Assembly (NCBI GenBank): GCA_963716175.1 | Contig: OY970296.1 | Location: forward strand, 3,328,001 to 3,392,000 | Direction of reading: 5' to 3' | Length of the DNA: 64,000 bases | From: an uncultured Armatimonadetes bacterium | GTDB taxonomy: Bacteria > Armatimonadota > Hebobacteria > Hebobacterales > Hebobacteraceae | Shown here: positions 18,723 to 28,966 of the stretch, in pieces | How positions within the stretch are numbered: the stretch's first letter is position 1 | Layout of the letters: each line of letters opens with the position of its first letter | Program-made: the position numbers and the translations under genes | Notes under the pieces: generated by a model | The model's database searches: none | What the model was told of the DNA's origin: nothing | Seen by the model: only the letters and a program-made list of their open reading frames with translations

Positions 18723-19739
18723 ATGGCTGACGGGACCACACGGGGCTTTCAACTATCGCCCGTGGATCTGACCGACCTGTACCCACGACTTGGTGACCTC
18801 CTGGCCCGGGTGGAGGTGAAGACTGAGCGCGTCTGGGCGCAGGAGCCGGGCTTCCTCGCCGACGCTGCTCGCGATCTGCTCTCAGGGAGAGGCAAGCGCC
18901 TGCGGCCCACCCTGTTGCTGCTCGCCGCGGAATGCGCCGGCGGCGCCACCGACAGCAGCATTGCTATAGCCAGCATGATCGAGGTGGTGCACGCCGCTTC
19001 GCTGGTCCACGACGATGTGATAGATGACGCCCCCTCCCGCCGCGGGCGCCGCTCGGCGAAGGTGGTCTGGGGGAACAAGGTCTCGGTGCTGCTGGGCGAT
19101 TACCTGATCGCCCGCGCCTTCAGCTTGCTCGAGCGCGAGGACAGCCACTGCCTGATCGGGCCTCTCTGCGATGTCGCCGCCCGCATGTGCGGCGGACAGG
19201 TGGGCGAGCTCCGGGCCGCGGGCCGGCGCGCGACCGAGCCCCAGTACCTGGAGATTGTACGAGACAAGACCGCCAGCCTCTTCGGCTTCTGCGGGCAGGC
19301 CGGGGTGCAGACCGCGCAGGGGCCGCCGGCGCTGGCTCGGGCCCTGGGTCTGTTCGGTGAGAGCTTCGGGGTGGCGTTCCAGGTGGCCGACGACATCCTC
19401 GACCTGGTGGGCAGCAACGGGCGCTCCGGAAAGCCCGAGGGGCGAGACCTGGCGGAGCGGAAGTGGACCCTGCCCCTGATCCGCGCCTACGAGCGCGGCA
19501 CGGAGGAAGAGCGCGCCCGGCTGGGGGAGCTGCTGGGGGCCGACCAGGTTTCGGCCCGGGAGGTGGAGCTGGTGAGGGAGATGGCCCGCGCCGCCGGGGC
19601 CATTGACTACGCCTGGCATCGGGTGGAAGACTGGCTGCGGAAGGCGCGAGAGCAGCTTGCTCTGGTCCCGGACAGCGGAGCCAAGCAAGCGCTGCTGGTG
19701 CTGGCGGGAGAGCGCTTTCCGCTGCCGGTCATGACCTGA
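18723..19739 (+). CDS. Polyprenyl diphosphate synthase (IspB/HepT family)
   Basis: GKRLRP, first DDxxD (HDDVIDD)...RRG, KTASLF, second DDxxD (DDILD). Confidence 0.93.
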   Translation: MADGTTRGFQLSPVDLTDLYPRLGDLLARVEVKTERVWAQEPGFLADAARDLLSGRGKRLRPTLLLLAAECAGGATDSSIAIASMIEVVHAASLVHDDVIDDAPSRRGRRSAKVVWGNKVSVLLGDYLIARAFSLLEREDSHCLIGPLCDVAARMCGGQVGELRAAGRRATEPQYLEIVRDKTASLFGFCGQAGVQTAQGPPALARALGLFGESFGVAFQVADDILDLVGSNGRSGKPEGRDLAERKWTLPLIRAYERGTEEERARLGELLGADQVSAREVELVREMARAAGAIDYAWHRVEDWLRKAREQLALVPDSGAKQALLVLAGERFPLPVMT

Positions 19740-19744
19740 ACGGA

Positions 19745-20919
19745 ATGAGATTCGCGCCTCTCATGCTGCTCGCGGCGGCGCTGCTGACGGCGTCGCCGCG
19801 ATTTGCCGGCCCCGCGGCGGCCGGAGTCGGCGGCGAATTCGCCGACCTGGAGCAGCGCATCCGTGAGCAGCCCCTCGACGCCGATGCTCGCAGAGAGCTG
19901 GCCGAGGCCTACGCCGAGCGGGGCTTCGTGGAGGAGGCGGTCGCGGCATACCTGGCCTTGCTGGCGCAAGACCGCGAGGACGCGCAAGCTCGGGACCGGG
20001 TGCGGGAGCTGGTGGCGGAGCGCGTGCCGGAATGGCTGCCGGCTCAGGCCAGTGAGCTGGCCCCCTTCCCTCATGCCCTTTTCGAGCTGAAGCTGGCCGA
20101 CCCGGCCGGGACCGGCGGAACGACCGGCTACCGCGTGCTCCGGACCGTTCAGGGCTTCATCTCGGCGGGCGACCGGGAGCGGCGCGATCCGCTGCATAAG
20201 TGGCCATTCCCCTCCAGCGACCACGCCTACCTCTGGAACCCGAAGACTTCCCGCTGGGTGCTCAAGGCGCACGCCTATCGCGGTCCTCAGGTCAACCCGT
20301 CTCTGGCCGACGGCGCGCTGGTCGCCCTGATGTGCTTCTACTGCGTGGCGCGGGAGTACCTCCAGCGCGATCCCACCGCGCCCCAGGGGCAGCCCATCAA
20401 CCTGTGGTTAGCTGCAGATGGACAGCCCGGCGCGCGGGCCGTCGGCAGGGATCTCTACCTCTACGCGGTGGAAGTGGAACGCGCCCCGCGGAATGGCTGC
20501 GGGAGATCGCGCACGAATACGGGCACACGTCCCTCGCCGGGATCGGCGGGTTCACCGGCACTGATGACCCCTGGGCAGATGGCGAACTCGGCGAGCTGCT
20601 GTTCATCAAGTGGCTGGCGGCGAACGGGGCAGGCTCGTCGGCGGCGCTGCCCTGGTCGGCCGAGGAGGCCGAGAAGATCGCGCGCCCGCGGCGCCAGCTT
20701 CTGATCGCAGCAGCGCGAGGCAAACCCGACTGGGCGCGCCTGAAGGGTGCTGACCTGAACGCGCGCGACTACTTTCTGGGCCTCGCCCTGCGGATGGAGG
20801 AGACTGCCGGCCCGCGCTTTCTGGCCGAGGCCCTCGCCCGCTGCCCGCGGGGAACCGCGGCCTGCTTCGTCAGCGCGGCCGACGCGCTGGCGAAGGAGCG
20901 CAAACTCGCCCTCTGGTGA
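19745..20919 (+). CDS. Exported TPR-containing hypothetical protein; -1 frameshift near 20488
   Basis: Signal peptide and TPR-like helix pair in 19745..20704; continues as AEWLREIAHEYGH (HExxH) in 20200..20919. Confidence 0.65.
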
Positions 20920-20941
20920 GGCCTGGCGGCAGGGCCTCCGT

Positions 20942-21856
20942 TCAGTACCTGCAGCTCACAGACAGGAAGGTCAGGTCGTTCGCCGACCTCACGGTAGTGC
21001 CGGGGATGAGCACCTCTCCGTGGCCGACGCTGAGCTGCGCCAGATCCACCGACCAATCTCCCATCCGGTAGCCGATGCCATAGCTGAGATTTCCCGCGGC
21101 GGAGCCAAGGCGCAGGGCGAAGCCGTTGTCGAAGCGATACTCGGCCCCCGCCATGGTCTGCTGCTGTCGCCGCCCATCCCCGGCGATCCCGAACAGGTCC
21201 AGCGCGACAGTGCAACGGCCCGCCTCGTACGCCGCGCCCACTGTGCCCGTGGCGACGGTATGCCCCCCGGTCACGAGCAGATTGTCCCACTTGAGGCCGA
21301 GGGCGAGGTTCTGCTGGCGATGGTAGAGCAAGCCCAATCCGAGCAGGCTCGCATCCATGGCGCGGGTGGATTCCGCCGCCGCGCCCCACGTCCACCTGCT
21401 GCCCGGCGCGCACCGTCGGGCAAAGCCGCAGCGAAGGCTCTCGGTGTCGGGCACTCGCTCCGGGCTGGGCAGGGGAGCGGGATACGGCGCGTTCGCCTGG
21501 GCATCTTCGGGCTCGGGGCTGGCCGGCGCGATGGGCCACTTGGTGGGGCTCCCATCGGCCTCGGGCGCGTCGTACATCTCCAGCGCGGCCACCATGTCGG
21601 CGTCGAGGTAGCCGATGATGACCTCCTGCTTCTCCGCCCACATCGCTCCTGCCGGGTTGCAGAGCGTCTGATCTCTGGCTCCGGATAGAGCCGCGCAGGC
21701 GCCTCCCATGCCCCAGACGCGCGCATTGAGGGGGCGATCGCTGGTGAGCACGTTCGGGGGGAGCGGGGCGTCGGCTCGGGCCAGGGCGGCCCACATGGCG
21801 AGCAGCGCAAGCGTGGATGCAGCAACGACAGCGATACTCCGGGGACGACCCAACAT
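20942..21856 (-). CDS. Outer-membrane beta-barrel, PorV/FadL-like N-terminus
   Basis: TAAGGAGG RBS; signal peptide; ARVWGMGGA..A......NPAG motif; beta strands; terminal Tyr. Confidence 0.65.
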   Translation of the reverse strand: MLGRPRSIAVVAASTLALLAMWAALARADAPLPPNVLTSDRPLNARVWGMGGACAALSGARDQTLCNPAGAMWAEKQEVIIGYLDADMVAALEMYDAPEADGSPTKWPIAPASPEPEDAQANAPYPAPLPSPERVPDTESLRCGFARRCAPGSRWTWGAAAESTRAMDASLLGLGLLYHRQQNLALGLKWDNLLVTGGHTVATGTVGAAYEAGRCTVALDLFGIAGDGRRQQQTMAGAEYRFDNGFALRLGSAAGNLSYGIGYRMGDWSVDLAQLSVGHGEVLIPGTTVRSANDLTFLSVSCRY

Positions 21857-22368
21857 CACATGCCTCCTTAGAGAGCCTGCCACCGGGCTGCATCAGAGCC
21901 AACGCGGCTGCGCCGGCAAAGGCTTGCAGGGCTCTGATAGAGCTCGTGTGGGGCGGGAACAGAAATGGGCACGCCGCTCACGACCGGCTAGCGTGCCCTC
22001 TCACTCCCTACCTGTTCAGGCGCCCCGGAGTCTGGTGCTACGCAGCGAAGTCTCGCCACTTCGCAGAGTAGCAAAGGGCGATGATAAGTTGACGAGCACA
22101 GGCGCGGCCAGCGCCGCTCATCTACCTGCTATCCCCGGCCATCGTCTCCTTTTCGCACGGGTGGTAGAAAGGCGGGACTCTGGTATCATTATCACTGTTC
22201 TCGTGCCGCTCGTTGCCTCCTCTCTCGCGTGCCGGTCTGGCCACGGCGAGATTCACCGCGGAGGCGCAAAGGACGCGGAGAGTGCGAGTGGGGGTGCTGT
22301 AGGGCGGGGGGGCTACTAGGTGGACGTGGCAACGTGGTATGATGGCGATGGGCTGAGAGGAGGACAGA

Positions 22369-22578
22369 GTGCTCAAGATCGAGGCCTACCACGATGGTGA
22401 GAAATGGTGCGCTCGCGGCATCGGCGCGGATATCTTCACCCAAGGCGACACCCTCGATGAGCTGATAGCCAACATCAAGGAGGCAGTGGCCCTGCACTTC
22501 GAAGACCAGGCGGAAGTGCCAGACGTGCTTGTGCTGTCAGAGGTCAAGGTGCCGCATGCCAAGGCTGCCGCAGGCTAG
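22369..22578 (+). CDS. hicB: HicB-family antitoxin (short form)
   Basis: TQGDTLDELIANIKEAVALHFE HicB signature; overlaps hicA. Confidence 0.85.
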   Translation: MLKIEAYHDGEKWCARGIGADIFTQGDTLDELIANIKEAVALHFEDQAEVPDVLVLSEVKVPHAKAAAG

Positions 22579-22798
22579 CGGGCAGGCACTGGTACGCCTG
22601 CTCAGGTCGCTCGGATACCAGGTCCTTCGACAGCGCGGCAGCCACGTACACCTCACGAGGGCCACGCCTGTCGGGGACCACCGGATCACTGTGCCGATGC
22701 ACCGCAACGTAGCCAAAGGCACTCTGCATGATATCCTGTCGCAGGTCAGCCTCCGTACCGGCGTGTCCATGGAAGAGCTCGTCCGCCGACTTGGGTAG
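22556..22798 (+). CDS. hicA: HicA-family mRNA interferase toxin
   Basis: L..LGY...RQRGSH, ITVPMH....GTL..IL. Confidence 0.88.
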   Translation: MPRLPQASGQALVRLLRSLGYQVLRQRGSHVHLTRATPVGDHRITVPMHRNVAKGTLHDILSQVSLRTGVSMEELVRRLG

Positions 22799-22974
22799 GG
22801 GCTGCGATTCGTAAGGCAGCAGCAAGTCTCCTGCCCTGATGCAGCGCGTACGCCCGCCCTACAGTTGCCATCCGCGCTCATCTGTGTTCATCTGCGGTTG
22901 GATTGCGGTGTCTTTGCGCTCGGCCTCTCTCCTATGTTAGAATACGCCCCACCAAGTTCCGGAGGTATGCGACG

Positions 22975-24052
22975 GTGCTGAAGATCGCGGTGATTCCCGG
23001 TGATGGCATTGGGCCGGAGGTGGCGCGGGAGGGGTTGAAGGTGCTGGAGGCGGTGGCGGGGCCCACCGGGCTGAAGTACGACGCTCACCGAATACGATTA
23101 CGGCGGCGACCGCTACCTGCGCACCGGCGAGGTGCTGCCCGCGGGCGCGCTGGAGGAGCTGCGCCAGTTCGACGCCATCTACCTGGGCGCGGTGGGGCAC
23201 CCCGAGGTGAAGGCCGGCATCCTCGAGAAGGGGCTGCTGCTGGCGATCCGCTTCGGCCTCGACCAGTACGTCAACCTCCGCCCGATCAAGCTCTATCCCG
23301 GTGTCTGGACGCCGATCAAGGACAAAGGCCCGGCCGAGATTGACTTCGTGGTGGTGCGCGAGAACACCGAGGATATGTACATCGGCACTGGCGGCTTCAT
23401 GCACTACGGCACCAAGGACGAGGTGGCGATCCAGGTGGCCTCCTATAGCTATAAGGGCACGGAGCGCATCATCCGCTATGCCTTCGAGCTGACCCGGGCG
23501 CGCAATAGGGCGAAGAAGCCCACCACACGGCCGGCGGGCAAGCTGACTCTGTGCGACAAGTCGAATGTGCTCACCTTTGGGCACGATCTCTGGCAGCGGG
23601 TGTTCAGAGAAGTGGGCGAGGACTATCCCGATGTGACCAAGGACCACGCCTATGTTGACGCCACCTGCATGTGGATGGTGAAGAACCCGGAGTGGTTCGA
23701 TGTGATCGTCACCACCAACATGTTCGGGGACATCATCACCGACCTGGGGGCGATGATCCAGGGCGGGATGGGGGTGGCCGCCTCCGGCAACATCAATCCG
23801 GAGGGGGTCTCGATGTTCGAGCCCATCCACGGGTCCGCGCCTAAGTACGCCGGCACCAATAAGGCGAATCCGCTGGCCGCGATCTGCGCCATCGGCATGC
23901 TGCTGGAGCACACCGGCCACGAGCAGGCCGCGGCGCGCATCGAGAAGGCGATCTCCGATACCCTGGCCGCGGGCAAGATCCCGGACCTGTCGGCCGGAAA
24001 ATGCCCGCCGACGAGCGAGATCGGGGACATGATCGCGGGCGCGGTGGCGTAG
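22975..24052 (+). CDS. leuB: 3-isopropylmalate dehydrogenase family; +1 frameshift near 23082
   Basis: [13 protein letters not shown] in first frame; then [39 protein letters not shown]. Confidence 0.8.
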
Positions 24053-24249
24053 GGGCGATGATCACCGCAGAGGCGCAGAGAGCGCAGAGGGGCGGCTGCT
24101 TGGCCAGGCCTGCCCAAATCTTCTCCGGCTCTTCATACTTATTTCACAGCAGGGCCACATAATGTCCTATGGAGAATCGCATCTCCCACACCGGACGGGC
24201 GGCGCGCGAGGGCGGATAGCGGCGGGTGTGACCCGCCGGAGGCGGGCAA

Positions 24250-25317
24250 GTGCTATCAGTGCAGTTCGGCAAGCAGCTTCGGGAGTTCGAGCTCGAGATC
24301 GGGTTCGAGGTGCGGCCCGCCGAGACCCTGGTCGTGATCGGGCCCAGCGGCTGCGGCAAGACCACCACACTCAATGTCATCGCCGGCCTGGTGGAGCCGG
24401 ATGAGGGCCGCATCGCCCTGTCAGATCGCGTGCTCTGGGATCGAGAGGCCGGGGTTGACGTGCCGACCGAGGGCCGCAATGTCGGGTATGTGTTCCAGGA
24501 TTTCGCGCTCTTCCCCCATATGTCGGTGAGCGAGAATGTGGCCTACGGGCTGCGTGCTCGCAAGGCCCCCAGGGACAGTATCAAGGCGCGGGTGAGCGAG
24601 GCCCTGGCTTTGCTGGGCATAGAGCACCTGCGGGAGCGGCGGCCGGGGGCCCTTTCCGGGGGCGAGCGGCAGCGAGTGGCGCTGGCGCGCGCCATCGCCT
24701 GCCAGGCCGGGATCTTGCTGCTGGACGAGCCCCTGGGATCACTCGACGCCCAGACCCGCAATCAGGTGCGGGGGGAGCTGCAGCGGATGCTGCGCCTGGT
24801 GCGCCGGATCGTGATCATGGTGACCCATGATTACATTGATGCTCTCACCTTCGGCGATCAGATTTGCGTGCTGGACCGGGGGCGGATCCTCCAGATCGGC
24901 AACCGGAGCCAACTGCTGCGCCACCCGAAGTCGCGATTTGTCGCGGAGCTGACCGGGGTCAACTTCTTCGAGGGCGAGATCACCGCCCTGCCGCCCGAGG
25001 GGGCGGCCGAGATCACGGTGAACGGGGCCCAGCTCTACGCGGTCTCCGGTCAGCAGGAGACCGGCCACACGCTGGTGGCGTTCTTCCCGAGCGATGTCGC
25101 GATCAGCCGCGAGGCCCCGGACTCCTCCGCGCGGAATGTCTTCCAGACCGAAATCAGAGAGATCGTCCACCTCGGGGACAAGGTGCGGCTGTCGTTGAAC
25201 GGGGCCTTGCCCATGTGCGCCGAGATCACCGCCGGGTCGCTGGACCGGATGGGGCTGAGGGAAGGCGACGCAGTCTACGCCTCGCTGAAGGCGACGGCGA
25301 TCAAGACCTATCGCTGA
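24250..25317 (+). CDS. ABC ATPase, ModC/WtpC-like with TOBE domain
   Basis: GPSGCGKT, LSGGERQRVALAR, LLLDEP, SSARN...TOBE ending LKAT. Confidence 0.9.
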   Translation: MLSVQFGKQLREFELEIGFEVRPAETLVVIGPSGCGKTTTLNVIAGLVEPDEGRIALSDRVLWDREAGVDVPTEGRNVGYVFQDFALFPHMSVSENVAYGLRARKAPRDSIKARVSEALALLGIEHLRERRPGALSGGERQRVALARAIACQAGILLLDEPLGSLDAQTRNQVRGELQRMLRLVRRIVIMVTHDYIDALTFGDQICVLDRGRILQIGNRSQLLRHPKSRFVAELTGVNFFEGEITALPPEGAAEITVNGAQLYAVSGQQETGHTLVAFFPSDVAISREAPDSSARNVFQTEIREIVHLGDKVRLSLNGALPMCAEITAGSLDRMGLREGDAVYASLKATAIKTYR

Positions 25318-25335
25318 GCACGGAGTCGTGGTGTG

Positions 25336-26149
25336 ATGGGAACGCGCAGGATCATCGTCATCACTCTGATCTGCATCGCCGTGGTAGCAGGCGTCTTGCT
25401 CTTCGCCTGGTCGGGTAACGCCAGGGACGAGATCAGGCTGCTGGCCCACGCCGGCGCTGGAATCCAGCCTCCGCTGGACGAGCTGGGGGCGATGTTCGCC
25501 AAGAGGACGGGCATCGGCGTGGACTACAGCTACAAAGGGTCGGGGTGCTTGCTGCCCGACATCGTGATCTCGCAGAAGGGCGATATCTACATCCCGGGCG
25601 AGCTGTTCTACATGCAGCAGGCGGTGGATCGCGGCCTCATCAGCAAGTACCGTCCCGTGGCCCAGATGAGCACGGTTGTGATCGCGCAGCACGGGAACCC
25701 GAAGAAGATCGCCGGCCTCAAGGACCTGGCGCGGCCGGGGCTGCGGGTTGGGCTGGGGGATGCCAAAGCCATCGCCATCGGGCGCGCCGCCAGGATGGTG
25801 CTCGAAGAGGGCCAAGCTGCGGGATCGGGTGGAAAAGAACGTGTGCATGTGCTGCATGAACGTGGTGGAGCTGGGCAATGCCGTGAAGCTGGGCCACCTG
25901 GATGCCGCGATCGTGTGGGACGGCACCGCCGCGCTCTACGGAGAGGCCATCACCACCATCCCCATCCCCGCGGCCTACCGGGAGACCAGCACTATCCCCG
26001 TGGGAGTGCTGAGAGTCTCCAAGCACCCCAGGGAGGCGGCGCAGTTCATGGACTTCCTGGCCAGCAAGGAAGCGGCGCCGATCTTCCGCAGGCACGGCTA
26101 CGCGGTCCCCGAGGGCGCCGCGAAGAAGGTCGCGGGCGGGAAGCTTTGA
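25336..26149 (+). CDS. ModA-like substrate-binding protein 3; +1 frameshift near 25804
   Basis: HAGAG, YKGSGCL, GNPK.I..LKDL, AIGR in ORF 25333..; continues CMCCMNVVE...DAAIVWD...FMDFLAS...F..HGY in 25748..26149. Confidence 0.82.
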
Positions 26150-27066
26150 GCGCGGTGGAGGCGGCGCGACCGCGAGGGAATCTCAATAACTCGCTGTTCG
26201 CGGCCCTGCTCGTGAGCGTGCTGATCGTTTTCCTGGCCGCTGTTGCCCTGGTGCTGCTGAGCAACGTCTGGTACCTGGCCGGGCCTCACCCCGCGGTAGG
26301 CAAGAGCGGCTGGCAGCTGTTCCTGGCCGGACTGCAGGACCCGGAGAACCTGTTCGCGATCAAGCTCAGCGTGCTCATGTCGGCGATCACCGCCCTCATC
26401 TCCATGCTGGTAGCAATCCCCGCCGCCTACTCGCTCTCCCGCTTCCGGGTAGTGGGCTCTTCCATTATTGACACTCTCCTGGACCTGCCCATCGTGGTCC
26501 CGCCCCCGGTGCTCGGGCTCAGCCTGCTGATGTTCTTCCAGACCGCGGCGGGCAGAGCGGTGAACGATCTCACACCCCAATGGTTTGTCGGCTCCATCAA
26601 CCTGGTGCTTTCTCACATTCTGGGGCAGCCCATCCGGGATGATCAGAACTGGGTGTACTCCACCCGCGGCATCGTGCTGGCACAGTTCTTCGTCGCCTGC
26701 TCTTTTGGCGTGCGGGCGGTGAAGGCCGCGTTCGACACCATCGGCACCAGGCACGAGGAGGTGGCGCGCACTCTGGGCTGCACCCGGCGCCAGGCCTTCT
26801 TCCGCGTGGTGCTGCCGATGGCCCGCACCGGGATCGTCGCCGGCGCGGTGATGACCTGGGCGCGGGCGGTGGCGGAGTTCGGGCCGGTGCTGTTCTTCTG
26901 CGGAGCCACGCGGCTGAAGACCGAGGTGCTGCCGATCGGAATGTTCCTGCTCTACTCGGCCGGCAAGCTAGAGCAGGCGGTGGTGCTGCTGCTGATCATG
27001 CTCATCATCTCCACCTTGACGCTGCTGACGTTCAAGAGACTCGGGGGCAAGGGTTATCTGTGGTGA
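26146..27066 (+). CDS. ABC permease, ModB/WtpB-like
   Basis: TTG overlapping upstream TGA; DLPIVVPP.V.GL.LL, EEVARTLG EAA loop, WARAVAEFG. Confidence 0.88.
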   Translation: MSAVEAARPRGNLNNSLFAALLVSVLIVFLAAVALVLLSNVWYLAGPHPAVGKSGWQLFLAGLQDPENLFAIKLSVLMSAITALISMLVAIPAAYSLSRFRVVGSSIIDTLLDLPIVVPPPVLGLSLLMFFQTAAGRAVNDLTPQWFVGSINLVLSHILGQPIRDDQNWVYSTRGIVLAQFFVACSFGVRAVKAAFDTIGTRHEEVARTLGCTRRQAFFRVVLPMARTGIVAGAVMTWARAVAEFGPVLFFCGATRLKTEVLPIGMFLLYSAGKLEQAVVLLLIMLIISTLTLLTFKRLGGKGYLW

Positions 27067-27100
27067 GCCGCGCTGATAAGACGCCGATAGACACAGCAAC

Positions 27101-27155
27101 TGTACGGCGGGCATTCCCATGCCCGCCAGGCGGGCGTAGGCACGCCCGCTCTACA
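27101..27155. repeat. REP-like doublet (GTAG family)
   Basis: TGTAC-GGCGGGCAT..ATGCCCGCC followed by inverted GCGGGCGT..ACGCCCGC-TCTACA. Confidence 0.75.
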
Positions 27156-27171
27156 CAGGAGGTTGGTCCGG

Positions 27172-27444
27172 ATGGTTAAGTTGAGGTTGTTTTCCAGTCT
27201 GCGTGAGATTGCAGGGTCGAAGGAGGTGGAAATCGAGGCCGACCGGCTCTCGGTCAGGCAGGCGCTCGAGCGGTTCGCGGAGCGCTTCGGAGAGCGAGCG
27301 AAAGAGTGCCTCTTTGATAAGCAGGGACAGCTCTTCCCCAGCGTGCTGCTGCTGGTGAACGGTGAGGCGGCCGAAGGCGGCCAGGAGACCCAGGTCAGGT
27401 CGGGGGACGTGGTCTCGGTGCTGCTGCCCACGGCCGGGGGGTAG
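27172..27444 (+). CDS. MoaD/ThiS/SAMP ubiquitin-like sulfur carrier
   Basis: LFSSLRE, LVNG, GD.V...P..GG C-terminal di-glycine; AGGAGG RBS. Confidence 0.9.
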   Translation: MVKLRLFSSLREIAGSKEVEIEADRLSVRQALERFAERFGERAKECLFDKQGQLFPSVLLLVNGEAAEGGQETQVRSGDVVSVLLPTAGG

Positions 27445-27564
27445 GGAGAGGACACAACTGCAGATGGAGGCAGATGAACGCAGATAGGGGAGCAAGGGAC
27501 AGAACCCCAGAGTCGGGCGGAAGGTCCGGCCCAACCTGGACGCGGCAGAACGGGGGCGACGGCC

Positions 27565-28626
27565 TTGGCGGCTGAGGCGCTCATTCAGGTGCGCGGGGTC
27601 TCGATCACGCTGGGCGAGTTCGCCGTCCGCGACGCATGCCTGGCGGTGGAGGCCGGGGAGTATTTCGTGCTGCTGGGGCCCACCGGGGCGGGGAAGACCG
27701 TGCTGCTGGAGTGCATCGCGGGGCTGCACCGGCCCCATCAGGGCGAGATCCTGGTGGCGGGACGGCGGGTGAACGAGGTGCCGCCAGAGCAGCGGGGGCT
27801 GGGCTATCTGCCGCAGGACTACGCCCTCTTCCCGCACCTCGACGTGGCCCAGAACATCGGCTTCGGCATGCGCCTGCGCCGGAAGACGCGAGCAGAGATC
27901 AGCCGGCGGGTGCAGGAGCTGGCCGAGCTGCTGGGCATCACGCATCTGCTCGCCCGCTCACCGGTGCATCTCAGCGGAGGCGAGAAGCAGCGGGCGGCGC
28001 TGGCCCGGGCGCTGGCCATCGAGCCCCAGGTGCTGCTGCTCGACGAACCCCTGAGCGCGCTCGACGAGCAGACGCGGGAGGCGCTGTGCGTGGAGCTGCG
28101 CCGCGTGCACGCGCAGCTTCGCACTACCACCGTGCACGTCTCGCACAACTTCGAGGAAACTCTGGCGGTGGCCGACCGCATCGGGGTCATCCACCAGGGG
28201 CGGATTCAGCAGGTGGGCACTCCGGAGGAGGTGTTCCATCGGCCGGCCTCCGAGTTCGTGGCCCGCTTCGTGCGATCCGAGAACATCCTGCGGGGCCGGG
28301 CCCAGCGAGGGGCCGATGGCGTGCTGGTGAGCGTAGGCCTGGTGAATCTGAAGGCCGCGGACGGACCGGAGGGCGATGTCTTCCTCACCGTGAGGCCGGA
28401 GGATGTGGAGGTGACAACGCCGATGCCTGATCGCCCCAACACGGTCACCGGCCCCATCGTGAGCATCGTGGATCGGGGGCCGCTGGTGCGGGTGGATATC
28501 AACGGCGGAGTGAGCATGACGGCGCTGGTGACGAGGCGGACCTGGCAGGCCGAAGGGTTCCGGGTGGGGGAGGTGGTGAGCGCGCACTTCGAGCCGGGGG
28601 CGGCGCACGTACTCAGGGCGGACTGA
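27565..28626 (+). CDS. Second ABC ATPase, WtpC/ModC-like with TOBE domain
   Basis: GPTGAGKT, LSGGEKQR, LLLDEPLSALD, C-terminal TOBE. Confidence 0.9.
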   Translation: MAAEALIQVRGVSITLGEFAVRDACLAVEAGEYFVLLGPTGAGKTVLLECIAGLHRPHQGEILVAGRRVNEVPPEQRGLGYLPQDYALFPHLDVAQNIGFGMRLRRKTRAEISRRVQELAELLGITHLLARSPVHLSGGEKQRAALARALAIEPQVLLLDEPLSALDEQTREALCVELRRVHAQLRTTTVHVSHNFEETLAVADRIGVIHQGRIQQVGTPEEVFHRPASEFVARFVRSENILRGRAQRGADGVLVSVGLVNLKAADGPEGDVFLTVRPEDVEVTTPMPDRPNTVTGPIVSIVDRGPLVRVDINGGVSMTALVTRRTWQAEGFRVGEVVSAHFEPGAAHVLRAD

Positions 28627-28830
28627 GCAACGTCGCGATTTGCGCGCGTCTTGGGCGGGACGCCGCTTGACAGGCGACCACACTGTGAGTCAGCATCGTG
28701 CCCTAGGGACACGCCCGGCGGAGGCGGACAAGCCCGCCCGCGTGCGGGCGTCGTTCGCGGAGTGGCCGGGCCCTTCGGGCCGCCATGGCGGTCGGCTCTG
28801 CCGACCCAGCCACATCCGGGCCCCGCGGGC

Positions 28831-28966
28831 CTAGAGCGCATTTCATAACCTACCTGCTGGGTGGCCGCGCCACGCCCTCGCATGAAATGCGCCTGCCACC
28901 GCCTGACGTTGTGCGGTGCTGTTTCATAGCCTCCCCTCCCTGGGAGGGTTATGAAACAGCTTCTAG
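28831..28966. mobile_element. MITE family A, copy 2
   Basis: CTAG-bounded at both ends; near-identical to 4171..4303. Confidence 0.78.

Noticed and set aside
24053-24249. ModE box or Moco/Wco riboswitch upstream of the Mod-like operon
   Set aside because: Only an AT-rich patch and a small hairpin are visible; no recognisable consensus by eye (Infernal not run)
25333-27066. 577-aa ModA-ModB fusion ORF
   Set aside because: The middle segment is out-of-frame nonsense; the true ModA C-terminus is in 25748..26149 and ends at a TTGA junction
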